Positions 24,639 through 36,439 of a DNA stretch of 64,000 bases are shown here, piece by piece. This stretch comes from Isurus oxyrinchus (Eukaryota), in NCBI GenBank assembly GCA_026770705.1, contig JANJGN010000052.1, forward strand, positions 186,001 through 250,000, written 5' to 3'. The notes under the pieces are model-generated. The model was not told where the DNA came from, ran no database searches, and worked only from the letters and a program-made list of their open reading frames with translations. Within the stretch, counting starts at the first letter, position 1, and every line of letters begins with the position of its first letter. The position numbers and the translations under genes were made by a program.

Positions 24639-25038
24639 GTAAGTGCTGTGTTATAATTACTCAACAATTCACATTCAACACTCAATGGGAAATAACACAA
24701 ACTATGACGTTTACATATTAACACAAAATACAGTTTATTATAACAGACTGTCTGATTCTCAATAACCGGGTGATAACTTCCAGTTCAGTCCTAAAGCAAC
24801 CTCTAATACTCACTTTAATATCAATGATTAAATGTATTGACTGTGTCCATCAATGTTATCAGGTTATCCACTCCCATCGATCTCTCTAATCCTGTTTAAA
24901 ATAATTTCCTGATCATTGTAATCTCTCAGTTCTGATATCATCCTTGTAAAAGTGCTTTCTCTTGTGGGATTGTGATTTCTATTTGAACTGATGCTTCACG
25001 TTATATTTCTCTAAAAGGATCCATTCTCCGTCTGTTAG

Positions 25039-25335
25039 ATTTCACAGATAAACCCATGATATTCCCTGCTGAAATTATTGCAGGAAAGCCTGTGGATGTA
25101 AGCTGCACCTTCAACACAACGTGCAATGGAACAGCAGCACCTGTCTTAACCTGGGACATTCCCACTGACGTACCTGGATCAGTCTCAAACACTGTAAATC
25201 AGCATGGTGTCACTCTGACCTATACTTCTGTTCTGACCCTGATCCCATCACTCAAACACCATGGACACACTCTCAGCTGCAGAGTGAGATATCCATCTGT
25301 TTCATCGGAGCGTACCCTCGTACTAACTGTACAAG
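25039..25335 (+). CDS. Gene B Siglec domain-2 C2-set exon
   Basis: 297 bp, phase 1-1; KPMIFPAEIIAGKPVDVSCTFNTTC..LTW..SVLTLIPSLKHHGHTLSCRV. Confidence 0.92.
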
Positions 25336-25554
25336 GTAAGTATGGACATCCTTCATTATACATTCGCTGGAACAGTCTAGATTATGCACAGCAGGATCCC
25401 ACAGAAAGGTATTCTGATGAGAACCAGATCATCTGTAATTTACGGAAAAACACTGACCAGAAAACAGTTAATGACAGTTTCTGAACATTAACACTGGAGC
25501 TTTTTTTTCCATCCAAGAAGCTGATAGAGCAGAGCATCACTCACAATATACTAA

Positions 25555-26405
25555 CCCCCTGACAGTGCAGCACTCCCTCAGTACTGACCGCCTGACAGTG
25601 CAGCACTCCCTCAGTACTGACCACCTGACAGTGCAGCACTCGCTCAGTACTGACCGCCTGACAGTGCAGCACTCCCTCAGTACTGATCCTCCAATAGTGC
25701 AGCAATCACTCAGTACTGACCCTCCAACAGTGCAGAACTCCCTCAGTACTGACCCTCTGACAGTGCAGCACTCCCTCAGTACTGACCTGCTGAAATTGCA
25801 GCTCTCCCTCAGTACTGACCCTCTGACATTGCAGTACTCCCTCAGTACTTACCCTCTGAAAGTGCAGCACTGCCTCAGTACTGACCCTCCAATAATGAAA
25901 CAATCCCTCAGTACTGACTCTCCGACAGTGCAGCACTCCTTCACTGCTGACCCTCCAACTCTGCAGTGCTCCCTCAGGACTGAAAATCCAACATTTCATA
26001 TCTCCCTCCTGACTGACCCTCTGAAATTACAGCAGATCCTCGGTCGAGACCTTCAAACAGTGCAGCACTTCCACAGAACTGAATCTACCCCCCACCCACA
26101 GTGCAGCACTTCCACAGTACTGAACCTCTGACAGTGCAGCACTCCCTCAGTACTGATCCTCCCACCTGCAGCACTCCCTCAGTACTGACCCTCCCACATG
26201 CAGCACTCCCTCAGTACTGACCCTCCCACAGTGCAGCACTCCCTCAGTACTGACCCTCCCACAGTGCAGCACTCCCTCAGTACTGACCCTCCCACATGCA
26301 GCACTCCCTCAGTACTGACCCTCCCACAGTGCAGCACTCCCTCAGTACTGACCCTCCCACATGCAGCACTCCCTCAGTTCTGACCCTTTGACAGTGCTGC
26401 ACTAC
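25555..26405 (+). repeat. 33-bp minisatellite array
   Basis: Tandem units, partly degenerate. Confidence 0.92.
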
Positions 26406-26639
26406 CTCACTATTGGCTTTAAACTAAATAGAGTGTGGGGCGAATGTTTCTGGAGAAGGTATATGTACAGTTACAAACCAAAAGGATTTATTAGCATTGC
26501 AGGATAGCTGTTTTGGCAATGATACCCAGTGTGTGACAGGAAGGGACACAGTGTCCAAACATAAAAATACATCAGCAAATAGTGTCAGAGGGGGGGAAAT
26601 GATAAAAAGACAAAAATAATGGCTCTTTACTTAAATGCA

Positions 26640-27300
26640 CATAGTATTTGGAATGCTGACCTTTATTTCAAAGGGAATGGAGTATAAAAATAGGGAAGTC
26701 TTGCTAAAACTATACAAGGCACTAGTTAGACCACACCTAGAATACTGTGAGCAGTTTTGGTTCCCTTATCTAAGGAAAGATGTACTGACATTGGAGGCAG
26801 TCCAGAGAAGGTTCACTAGGTTGATCCCAGAAATGAGGGATTTTCATATGAGGAGAGGTTGAGTAGGATGGGCCTGTACTCATTGGAGTTTAGGAGAATG
26901 AGAGCTGACCTTATTGAAACATATAAGATTCTTAGGGTGCTTGACAGGGTAGATGCTGAGAGGTTGTTTCCCCCTGTGGGAGAGTCTAGGACCAGAGGGC
27001 ATAATCTCAGAGTAAGGGGTCACCCATTTAAGACAGAGATGAGGAGTTTCTTCTCTCAGAGGGTAGTGAATGTGTGGAATTATTTACTACAGAGAACTGC
27101 AGAGGCTGGGTCATTAATTATATTCAAGGCTGAGATACACAGTTTTTTAATCAGTCAGGGAATCAAAGGCTATGGGGAAGAGGCAGGAAAGTGGAGTTGA
27201 GGATTGTCAGATCAGCCATGGTGTCATTGAATGGCGGAGCATAGTTGATTGGCCGAATGGCCTCCTTCTGCTCTGATGTCTTGTGGTCTTATGGTCTTAT
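26640..27300 (+). mobile_element. CR1 LINE 3' fragment
   Basis: YKNREVLLKLYKALVRPHLEYCEQFW..LEAVQRRFTRLIP; CR1 3' tail. Confidence 0.9.
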
Positions 27301-27862
27301 CACCCTCCGACAGTGCAGATCTCCCTAATTACTGATCCTCCGACAGTGCAGCACTCCCTCAGTACTGACCCTCCGACAGTGCAGCACTCCCTCAGTACTG
27401 ACCCTCCAACAGTGCAGAGCTCCCTAATTACTGACGCTCCGACAGTGCAGCACTCTTCCAGTACTGACCCTTCGACAGTGCAGCATTGCCTCAGTACTGA
27501 CCCTCCAACAGTGCAGAGATCCCTAATTACTGACGCTCCGACAATGCAGCACTCTTCCAGTACTGACCCTCCGACAGTGCAGCATTCCCTATGTACTGAC
27601 CCTCCAACAGTGCAGCACTGCCTCAATACTGACCCTCCAACAGTGCAGCACTGCCTCAATACTGACCCTCCAACAGTGCAGCACTCCCTCAGTGCTGACC
27701 CTCCGACAGTGAAGTACTCGCTCAGTACTGACTATGCGGCAGTGAAGCTTTCACAGTACCCACCCACCATCAGTACAGCAGGTCCTCAGTACTCACCCTC
27801 CAACAGGGCAGCACTCCCTCAGTACTGACCCTCCAACAGTGCAGCACTCCCTCAGTACTGAA
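27300..27862 (+). repeat. 33-bp minisatellite array
   Basis: Tandem units. Confidence 0.92.
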
Positions 27863-27985
27863 CTGAAGAGTCTGCCTGAATTATGTGCTTTGTGGTGAAG
27901 GATTGATATTACACCTGTAACATTGTCAGGGTCTCTGAAAGTGCTTCACAGTCAATGTAAGTAACTGATCTTTATTCGTTTTTAG

Positions 27986-28252
27986 ATGCACCACAGAATC
28001 TCTCAATTACTTTTCATGATATGATTAACACTTCATGGATCAATATAATTGAGGGGAATTCTGCAGTGATAATCTGCTCTGTCGAGAGCTTCCCAGCTTC
28101 TAACCTGATGTGGCGACATCTTAATGTCCCAATGAACAGAACAAGTTCCAACAATGAGCTGTGGTTGGTGATTCCTCACGTTATATCCAGGGACACTGGA
28201 GATTATCAGTGTGTGGCAGAGAATGAACATGGAGCAGTGGACGGGTTCATAA
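27986..28252 (+). pseudogene. Gene B second C2 exon, 3' end and splice donor replaced by LINE sequence
   Basis: Matches gene A C2 exons up to ..GGGTTCATAA, then lacks CCATCACTGTGGAAC|gtgagt. Confidence 0.85.
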
Positions 28253-29310
28253 ACATTCTGTTTTTATTAGCTCATGGGATGTGGGTAGTGTTGACAAGAC
28301 CAGAAATGATTGCCCATCTGTAACTGCCCCTTGAGAAGGTGGTGGTGAGCTGCCTTCTTTAACCACTGCAGTCCATGTGGTGTACGCACACCCACAGTGC
28401 TGTTAGGGAGGGAGTTCCAGGATTTTGTCCCAGTGATGGTGAAGGAACGGCCGATATATTTCCAAGTCCCAGGGCAGACCACCACCTCAAGTTCGCTTCC
28501 AAATCACACACCACACTGACTTGGAACTGTCTTGGTGGAAGAGGTTAAGGGTTTGGAAGGTGCTGTCGAAGGAGCCTTTGTGAGTTGCTGCAGTGCATCT
28601 TGTAGATGGTGCACACTGCTGCCACTGTGTGCCAGTGGTGGAGGGTATGAACGTTTATGCTGGTGGATGGGCTGTCGATCAAACAAGCTGCTCCTGGATG
28701 GTGTCGAGCTTCTTGAGTGTTGTTGGAGCTGCACTTATCCAGCCAAGTGGAGATTATTCCATCACACTCCTGAAATGTGCCTTGTCCGATGGTGGACAGG
28801 CTTTGGGGAGTCAGGAGGTGAGTTACTCACCACAGAGTTCCCAGCCTCTTACCCGCATTTGTAGCCACATTATTTCCTGTTGCCGGGATGTTGCCAGGGC
28901 CAATAGTCTTTGCTGTATCCAGTATCATCAGCTGATTCCTGATGTCACGTGGAGTCAATCGAATTGTCTGAAAGCTGACATCTGTGATGCTGGGACCCTC
29001 TGGAGGAGGCCGAGATGGAGCATCCACTCAGCACTTCTGGCTGAACATGGTTGCCAATGCTTCAGCCTTGTCGTTTGCACTGATGTGCTGAGCTCCCCCA
29101 TCATTAAGGATGGGGATATTTGTGGAACATCCTCCTCCTGTTAGATCTTTAGTTGTCCATCACCATTCATGACTGGATGTGGCAGGACTGCAGAGCTTAG
29201 ATCTGACCCGTTGGTTGTGGGATCGCTTTGCTCTGTCTATAGCATGTTGTTTCCGCTGTTTGGTGTGTATGTAGTCCTGTGTGTCACCTCAGCAGCTTGG
29301 CACCTCTGTT
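28253..29310 (-). mobile_element. Rearranged CR1-clade LINE fragments (antisense)
   Basis: Reverse-complement similarity to 13300-13880; PSITDVSFQTIRLTPRDIRNQLMILDTAKTIGPGNIP on - strand. Confidence 0.8.
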
Positions 29311-29498
29311 ATATGTGAATCCTCCTTATAGAAACCTGCATGTACATGGATATTATCAATAAATATTACATAGATATATGTTATTTGTATAGACCTTTCA
29401 TGCATAGACAATATCACTTCACAAGTTCAGAATTACTACATGTACATAGGGAACCATTCTCAAACTGTACCGGAGTCATTCATTGGCTGATTTTACAG

Positions 29499-29595
29499 GG
29501 CGAGATTCCAATGAATGGAAAGCAGGATTGCTTGGAGCTGGAATCTGTTTGAGTGTTGGACTGAGTGGATTCTTCATCTTCAAGTGTGTGAGAAA
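29499..29595 (+). CDS. Gene B transmembrane exon
   Basis: Paralog of 9520-9616 (97 bp, phase 1-2); RDSNEWKAGLLGAGICLSVGLSGFFIFKCVRK|gtaagt. Confidence 0.85.
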
Positions 29596-30244
29596 GTAAG
29601 TGTGAAGGTTTAATTGGTTGTTTTTGAACATGTTTTCTTCAACCTTCTCTCCTTATAGAAAGAACTTGCATTTCTATAGCACCTTTCTCAACCGAAAACC
29701 CTTCACAACCCCTGAAGAGCTTTGATGTTCACTCATTGTTTAACATCTCATCCAACACTCAATGTTTCACAACTCAGTCCTGTAACAGGCAGTGTTGATC
29801 TGGACCATAAAATACCTTGTGACTTCCTGAGGATGTGAAAGGGGATATATAAATGAAGACATTTCTTTTGTTAGTGAATGCAATCTCTTTCCATTTTCAG
29901 TGTCTAACTCACTCTCTCTCTTACCTCCACTAATGCTCTCCTTCTCATTCTCTCTCTCTCTTATTCGCTCTCTCCCCAATCTCCACTAATGCTCTCCTTC
30001 TCATTCTCTCTCTCGTCCTCTTACACGTTGTTCAGTCTCTCACAATTTTAAGGAGCGCTGAGCAACATCTGCTCCATCAGAAGATACACCTCAACACCTG
30101 GAGTGAGCAGTGAATTGAAACTCGCTCAACGACTGTTCAGCTTTCCACAGGAATCACGACACACTCAGGACACAAAGGGTTAACAGTTTGCTTACAACAC
30201 AACACTAAGGCCCTACGTTTCAGTGAAAGGGTTTTCACAATTGT

Positions 30245-30555
30245 TCCCCAATTCCTGATTTGACTCACAGTGACACATCAACCCTTTCTCATTAAATACA
30301 CAGAGGGAGCAGCACAGGAAGAGGTCATTGAGCCCAAGCAGAGCGTGTGGGCAGTTCCTCCCCAGGCGAGCATTCGGAAAGGTCCTGGGTAAGTAACGGA
30401 ACGATTGGAATTCACTTCCACAACCAACACCATCCTTTGTTGATGTTGTGACTTTATAAAGACTGATTCCAATGATTGATGCCTTTGAAAGATTTCTACT
30501 GATTATTGAGATCTGGGTGTGAGACTCAAGTCTGTTGTACAGAACATCTTTCTGG
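30245..30555 (+). promoter_or_regulatory. Orphan copy of promoter/exon-1 module inside gene B
   Basis: Homologous to 21510-21815; donor GTAAGT at 30389; similarity stops at a CR1 fragment. Confidence 0.6.
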
Positions 30556-30569
30556 GTAAATTGTGCAGA

Positions 30570-30830
30570 CAGGTTACACACAGTCTACGATTATATTCCC
30601 TCAGGTCTAGGAGATTAAGGAGGGATCTAACTGAGAGATTCAAACTGATTAAACACTCGATAGGGTCGATAGAGAGAAGCTATTCCCTCGGGTGGGGGTG
30701 GGTGGTGGGGGTCGGGTGGAGTCCAGAACAAGGGGGCTGGAACTTCAGATTGGAGCCAGGCCGTTCAGGGGTGATGTCAGGAAGCACTTCTTCACACAAA
30801 GGGGAGTGGAAATCTGGAACTCTCTCCCCA
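30570..30830 (+). mobile_element. CR1 LINE fragment
   Basis: RRLRRDLTERFKLIK; similar to 14470-14690. Confidence 0.75.
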
Positions 30831-30899
30831 ATAATCAAACCCAACACCGAATACACATCATGTTGATTGTCACACTGTCCATTTCCATCTCTATTACAG

Positions 30900-31004
30900 A
30901 AGAGAGGCGAGGGGAAAGCAGGAATCAAATCGAACCATCATGTTGATGAATATCGAGGTCCCGTTTATGAAAACTGTGAGCGTGGTTGGGCTTTGAGGAA
31001 TCAG
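30900..31004 (+). CDS. Cytoplasmic-tail exon with PVYENC motif
   Basis: ctattacag|..CAG|gtgagt, 105 bp, open in phase 0-0; KRGEGKAGIKSNHHVDEYRGPVYENCERGWALRNQ. Confidence 0.7.
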
Positions 31005-31140
31005 GTGAGTCACACACCACAGGATCCCCAGCCTCTCAGCTGCTCCAGTAGCCTGGTTATTGATATGGCTGCTCCAGTCCTCTATCTGCAATGTTTTATA
31101 CAGTCACTCCCAAACCCAACCAAACTCACACCCAACACCA

Positions 31141-31395
31141 TTCAGAATCAATAATCAAACCCCGATCAGTATCAATAATCAAATCCTGTTCAGTATCAAT
31201 AATCAAACCCCATTCAGAATCAATAATCAAACCCCGTTCAGAATCAATTATCAAAACCTGTTCAGAATCAATAATCAAACCCTCTTCAGAATCAATAATC
31301 AAACCCCGTTCAGAATCAATAATCAAACTCCGTTCAGTATCAATAATCAAACCCCGTTCAGAATCAATAATCAAACCCTGTTCAGTGTCAATAAC
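31141..31395. repeat. 24-bp tandem repeat (ttcagaatcaataatcaaaccccg)n
   Basis: About 10 units, in the intron between the two tail exons. Confidence 0.93.
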
Positions 31396-31493
31396 TAATG
31401 TATCTATTGTGGGTGGAATTTTCAATTTGGATCAATAATACTAAACACTGATCACTCTGATTGTCACTCTGATCATTTCTGTTTCTATTACAG

Positions 31494-31610
31494 AAGAAAG
31501 ATGAGAAGGATCTGGAAATGAAATCTAACCGCGGAGTCAGTCCTGATACAGATGATGATCTTTACGCGAACTGTGATTTTGCCAAGGATTCTGTTTATGG
31601 GAATTTATAA
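31494..31610 (+). CDS. Terminal cytoplasmic exon with DLYANC and ITIM-like SVYGNL
   Basis: ctattacag acceptor, phase 0; KKDEKDLEMKSNRGVSPDTDDDLYANCDFAKDSVYGNL*; paralogous to the preceding exon. Confidence 0.72.
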   Translation, partial: KKDEKDLEMKSNRGVSPDTDDDLYANCDFAKDSVYGNL

Positions 31611-32723
31611 ACTGAGCAAGAATGAGACACACACAGTGTGGGGAGAATACAGAACGGGAGAATCATTCAAAACTCCAATTTACCTTCCTAATATCCACAG
31701 GAACTCACTCCCAGGAAATAGATTTAAACCTCTTGTTACAATCTGATGGAATTTCTTTGGAATGATCTATCCAGGATGATTGTCTGTGGGTTTCAATTCG
31801 AACATCCTCCTTCAGAATTGTCCCTCCCTGTTGGAAACATCCTTCTCTCCAATCTGATTGTAAATATCTTTAGATATCGTTCGCTGATGTAGCAGGACAG
31901 AACGGACAAATTCAATCCCGTGTCCTTGATTATGAGTTAATTTTCATTCTGTTATTCACCTTCCTGTCTGTCAGTGTTTACAGAATATTCATCAGCCAGT
32001 GTAGACTTCAGGAAATGCAGGATCGGTGGATAATTGGAGCAGAGGAGATTGGCATAATTTACTCAGCATTTTGTAATCAAATGTATTTTCAGATATATAT
32101 TTGGATTTTACACTTCATCGTTAAACAGCAAAACTAACTGCAATCCCAGAAACAGGGAAACAATTTGTTTGGAGATTTGAGAAATTCTCTGCAGCTCAGA
32201 GGATAACAGATGTGCTACAGTGCCACCACTGGTGGGAGGACATCATTTCAGCGTGACATGTTTACATTGATGTTGCCAATGAACATTGGAAATTATGATG
32301 TGAAAAATTGGTTGCAGGTTTATCTTCTTCAATATGTCATGGATGGATGAGACAGCTTTGATAACAGAATGAAATAGAGCTGCAATAAACCACCATTTTA
32401 GTCTTTCACACTTGGAGAGTACAATTTGCATCCATCCTGATGGTGAGTGGATGGGTGGACTGTTCGATCTGTTACAGATTACAGAGACCAACATCCTTGA
32501 TCCTGGTTCTGCTCTATGTTTGATGACATTCTTGGATAAAAGATTGGGAAAATAAATAATCCTCCTGCATTGATCTGTAACTGGTCTCTCCATCTGTCAA
32601 TGTCCTGAGGACAGAATTGGGTTTGAGGTCCAAATCATACACATGCTTTGACTGCCCATTGAATAGGAACAGGAGGAGGCCATTCAGCCCCCTCGAACCT
32701 GCTACACAGGAGCAAGAGAGTAC

Positions 32724-32915
32724 CTGAAATAAAAACAGAAAATGCTGGAGAAACTGAGTCGGTCTGGCAGCATCTGTGCAGAGATAAACAGAATTAACAT
32801 TTCGAGTCCGTATGACCCTTCTTCAGAGTCTCAAAGCAAAAACTCTGTTTCTCTCTTCACAGCTGCTGCCAGACCTGCTGAGTTAAGGCAGCATTTTCCG
32901 TTTTTATTTAAGATT
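32724..32915. mobile_element. Inverted PLE-end remnant with canonical hammerhead motif on - strand (about 32792-32830)
   Basis: ~70-bp imperfect inverted arms similar to the PLE 3' tail; - strand reads CTGAAGA-A-GGGTC-atacg-GACTC-GAAATGTT. Confidence 0.7.
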
Positions 32916-32944
32916 TACACCATCTGCAGTATTTATTTTTAATG

Positions 32945-33610
32945 AGAGGAGGACATTCAGCCCCTCGACCCTGTTACGCAGGAACAGGAGGAGGCCATTC
33001 AGCCCACTCAAGCCTGTTACACAGGAACAGGAGGAGGCCATTCAGCCCCATAAGCCTGTTATACAGGAAAAGGAGGAGGCCATTCAGCCCCTCAAGCCTG
33101 TTACACAGGAACAGGAGGAGGCCCATTCAGCCCCTCGAGCCTGTTACACAGCAACAGGAGGAGGCCCATTCAGCCCCTCGAGCCTGTTACACAGGAACAG
33201 GAGGAGGCCCATTCAGACTTTCGAGCCTCTTACACCAGAACGTAAGGACGTCATTTCAGCCCCATGAGCTTGATGAACAGGAACAGGAGGAGGTCCATTA
33301 AGCCCCTCAAGTCATTTACATAGGAACAGGAGAAGTCTCATTCAGCCACACAAGCATCTTATATAAGAACATGAGGGGGCCCAAACAGCCCCTCAAGCAT
33401 GTTACACAAGAAGAGGAGGAGGAGGTTCATTCAGTCCCTCGAGGCTGTTACACAGGAAAAGGAGGAGGCCCATTCAGCCACACAAGCCTCTTACACAAGA
33501 ACAGGAGGAGGTCCATTCAGCCCCTCAAGCCTGTTACACAGGAACAGGAGGAGGCCCGTTCAACCCCCTCGAGCTTGTTGCATGTGAACAGTCGATGGCC
33601 CTTCAGCCAC
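32945..33610. repeat. ~41-bp tandem repeat resembling the antisense CR1 3' tail
   Basis: About 16 progressively degenerate units; compare ggacaggagcaggccattcggcccctccagcctg at ~44790. Confidence 0.88.
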
Positions 33611-33683
33611 ATTCTTGGCACGCAAAGGGTTAACAGTTTTCTAACTGTGCGAGGCAAAGAGATGCTTTCTAACTTGGTACTAA

Positions 33684-33825
33684 CCACTTCCTCATTTTGT
33701 CTCACAGTGACACATCAACCCTTTCTCATTAAACACACAGAGGGAGCAGCACAGGAAGAGGTCATTCAGCCCAAGCAGAGCGTGTGGGCAGTTCCTCCCC
33801 AGGCGAGCAGTCGGACAGGTCCTGG
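33684..33825 (+). promoter_or_regulatory. Promoter/exon-1 module with PU.1-like site
   Basis: CACTTCCTCATTTT (= AAAATGAGGAAGTG) upstream of the conserved non-coding exon ending |gtaagt. Confidence 0.55.
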
Positions 33826-34268
33826 GTAAGTAACGGAACGATTGGAATTCACTTCCACCACCAACATCGTCCTTTGTTGACGTTGTGACTTTATAAAGAC
33901 AGATTACAATGATTGATGCCTTTGAAAGATTTCTACTGGTTATTGAGATCTGGGTGTGAGACTCAAGTCTGTTGTACAGAACATCTTTCTAGCTCAAGGG
34001 ATGAGGGAAGAGCAGGGACATGAGCTTTGGGGTGTCCTAAGCAGGTGAAAGGCGATATAGAAATGCAAGTCCTTCATTGTTTTACTTTCTTAAAGCCTTG
34101 TAACTATCTGCAGAGCACCTATCATCCCACAGAGAATGAAATTAGTCTCTGAAGACATTGTCTAAAAGCAGTTCTGATCTCTCGAGAGGTGTCGGTCAAG
34201 AGGTGAGGTCTCGTTAACTCATTTGTCTTTCACAGCTTGAGAACCAATGAAATACCTGGGAGTGGACA

Positions 34269-34308
34269 ATGATCAGGAAATCTTACTTCCTCCTGTCACT
34301 TCTCCAAG
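34269..34308 (+). CDS. Extra signal-peptide exon (MIRKSYFLLSLLQ), orphan or alternative leader of gene C
   Basis: Intact acceptor (exon starts 34236), ATG and donor; 33610-35400 duplicates the gene B 5' region but stops before a V exon. Confidence 0.65.
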
Positions 34309-35097
34309 GTAATATCATTGTCAGCTCGGACAGATTTATGGCTAATCATCTTTGTAAAACATAATTCTTATTGAGCTCTGATTGGGAACAGATTCAGCAG
34401 TGAGCCAGTGTACAATCTCACACCAAGTCCCATTCACCCATCACCCCTGTGCTCACTGATATACACTGACTCCCTGTCTGACAGCAGAATTGGAGGAGAG
34501 TAGAGGACTTTGAGGTTTGCATGGTTGGAGGAGAAAGTGATTGGAGAAGAGGAATGGAGGGAATGGAAATTGAGGATGAGAGTCTTAAACTCGAGGCTCT
34601 GCTGGACTGGGAGCCAGTGCAGGTCAGCGAGTGGCAGAGGGTGTGAGGTGCTGAGTTGAGAAACAGTGATAAATACTGTGGGATGAAGTCTATCCTGATG
34701 CTTGGACTCCGATAGCAAAGGAATGAAATTTGTGTCTTTTGCTGATTTTAATCAGAATTTCCCATGAAGACAACACAGCAGCTCCTAGAATAGACAGGCT
34801 GTTCAGTGTCACACTTCCTGTCCATTCTCACCATGCTAGATACTTCAATAAGGGAGCAAGATAACTGAAAGAGAGAAGGAAGGTAAAGCTGTCCGTGTGT
34901 AAAGGTGTCAATATTCAGTTTGTATATTTGTCTTTCTCTCAACACATGCAGAGCTCAGGCGAGAGGCGCTTTGTTAGTGTGTTTCACAGTGTCTGCTGGA
35001 GTAGGGTCAGTGCTGAGCTTGGGGACAAGTCAGTCTACAATGCTGCATCGGAATCAACAATACAACAATATAGGGGTTTGGATCAGCAATAATCCCT

Positions 35098-35248
35098 TAG
35101 ACAATGAGGATCCAAAGAGATTCCTCAGACAATGTGGATCCAAAGAGATTCCTTAGACAATGAGGATCCAAAGAGATTCCTTAGACAATGAGGATCCAAA
35201 GAGTTTCCTTAGACAATGAGGATCCAAAGAGATTCCTTAGACAATGAA
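35098..35248. repeat. 28-bp tandem repeat
   Basis: About 5 units, paralog of 23303-23510. Confidence 0.9.
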
Positions 35249-35404
35249 CATACAAAGTGCACCAATCAGATTGAATCAGATTAACCAATCAGCTGTGTTG
35301 AGGAGCAGACAGGAATGTTAGGCTAATTAGTGATTCATGACGGTGATAATGGCGGGAGTTCTGAGGGCTCCTAATCCATTGTCCTGTCTTGTAAATCAGC
35401 ACCT

Positions 35405-35582
35405 TAATACTGACCCTCCAACAGTGCAGCACTCCCTCAGTACTGATCCTCCAACATTGCAGCACTCCCTGATTAATGTCCCTCTGACACTGCAGCACTC
35501 CCTCAGTACTGACCTTACAATAGTGCAACACTCGCTCAGTAATGACCATCCGACAGTGCAGCACTCCCTCAGTACTGACACT
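35405..35582 (+). repeat. 33-bp minisatellite array
   Basis: About 5 units at the point where similarity to the gene B 5' region ends. Confidence 0.88.
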
Positions 35583-35807
35583 GGGGAGTTTCAGTCTACT
35601 CTGTGGGGCAGATGTCCCCTGAATCGGGTCTTGAACCCCACAACATTCTGACCCCCTGAATTTGGCTGTGAAACCCACTGACCCACAGGAGAAATTCCTG
35701 GTCAATGACTGTCCACCTGTGAGCAGAAATATCACCACAGGGTCAGGACACAAAGGGTTAACAGTTCACCAACATCTCAAAACATGAGCTGCTCTGTCAC
35801 TTTGATC

Positions 35808-35949
35808 CAACTTCCTCATTTTGACTCACAGAGACACATCCACCCTTTCTAATTAAACACACAGAGGGAGCAGCACAGGAAGAGGTCATTCAGCCCAAGC
35901 AGAGCGTGTGGGCAGTTCCTCCCCAGTTGAGCAGTTGGACAGGTCCTGG
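35808..35949 (+). promoter_or_regulatory. Gene C promoter/exon-1 module with adjacent PU.1- and AP-1-like sites
   Basis: ACTTCCTCATTT-TGACTCA followed by conserved exon with GTAAGT donor at 35950. Confidence 0.55.
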
Positions 35950-36399
35950 GTAAGTAACAGAACAATTGGAATTCACTTCCACCACCAACACCATCCTTTG
36001 TTGATGTTGTGACTTTATAAAGACAGATTCCAATGATTGATGCCTTTGAAAGATTTCTACTGATTATTGAGATCTGGGTGTGAGGCTCAGGTCTGCTGTA
36101 CAGAACATCTTTCTAGCTCAAGGGATGAGGGAAGAGCAGGGACATGAGCTTTGGGGTGTCCTGAGGTGGTGAAAGGTGCTATAGAAATGCAAGTCCTTCA
36201 TTGATTTATTTTTTTAAAGCTTTTTAACTCTCTGCGGAGCACCTATCATCCCACAGAGAACCAAATTAGTCTGTGAAGACATTGTCTAAAAGCAGTTCTG
36301 ATCTCTTGAGAGCTGTCGGACAAGAGGTGAGGTCTCATTAACTCCTTTCTCTTTCACAGTTTAAGAGTCAGAAGCTAAAGGAATATCTGGGAGTGGACA

Positions 36400-36439
36400 A
36401 TGATCGGGAAATCTTACTTCCTCCTGTCACTTCTCCAAG
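36400..36439 (+). CDS. Gene C signal-peptide exon
   Basis: MIGKSYFLLSLLQ, phase 1 donor gtaata. Confidence 0.85.

Noticed and set aside
30053-30110. Candidate linker exon between gene B TM and tail
   Set aside because: Ends in phase 1 rather than 0, weak sites, no similarity to 10492-10573.
31060-31438. FRINNQTP-repeat ORF
   Set aside because: 24-bp intronic minisatellite.
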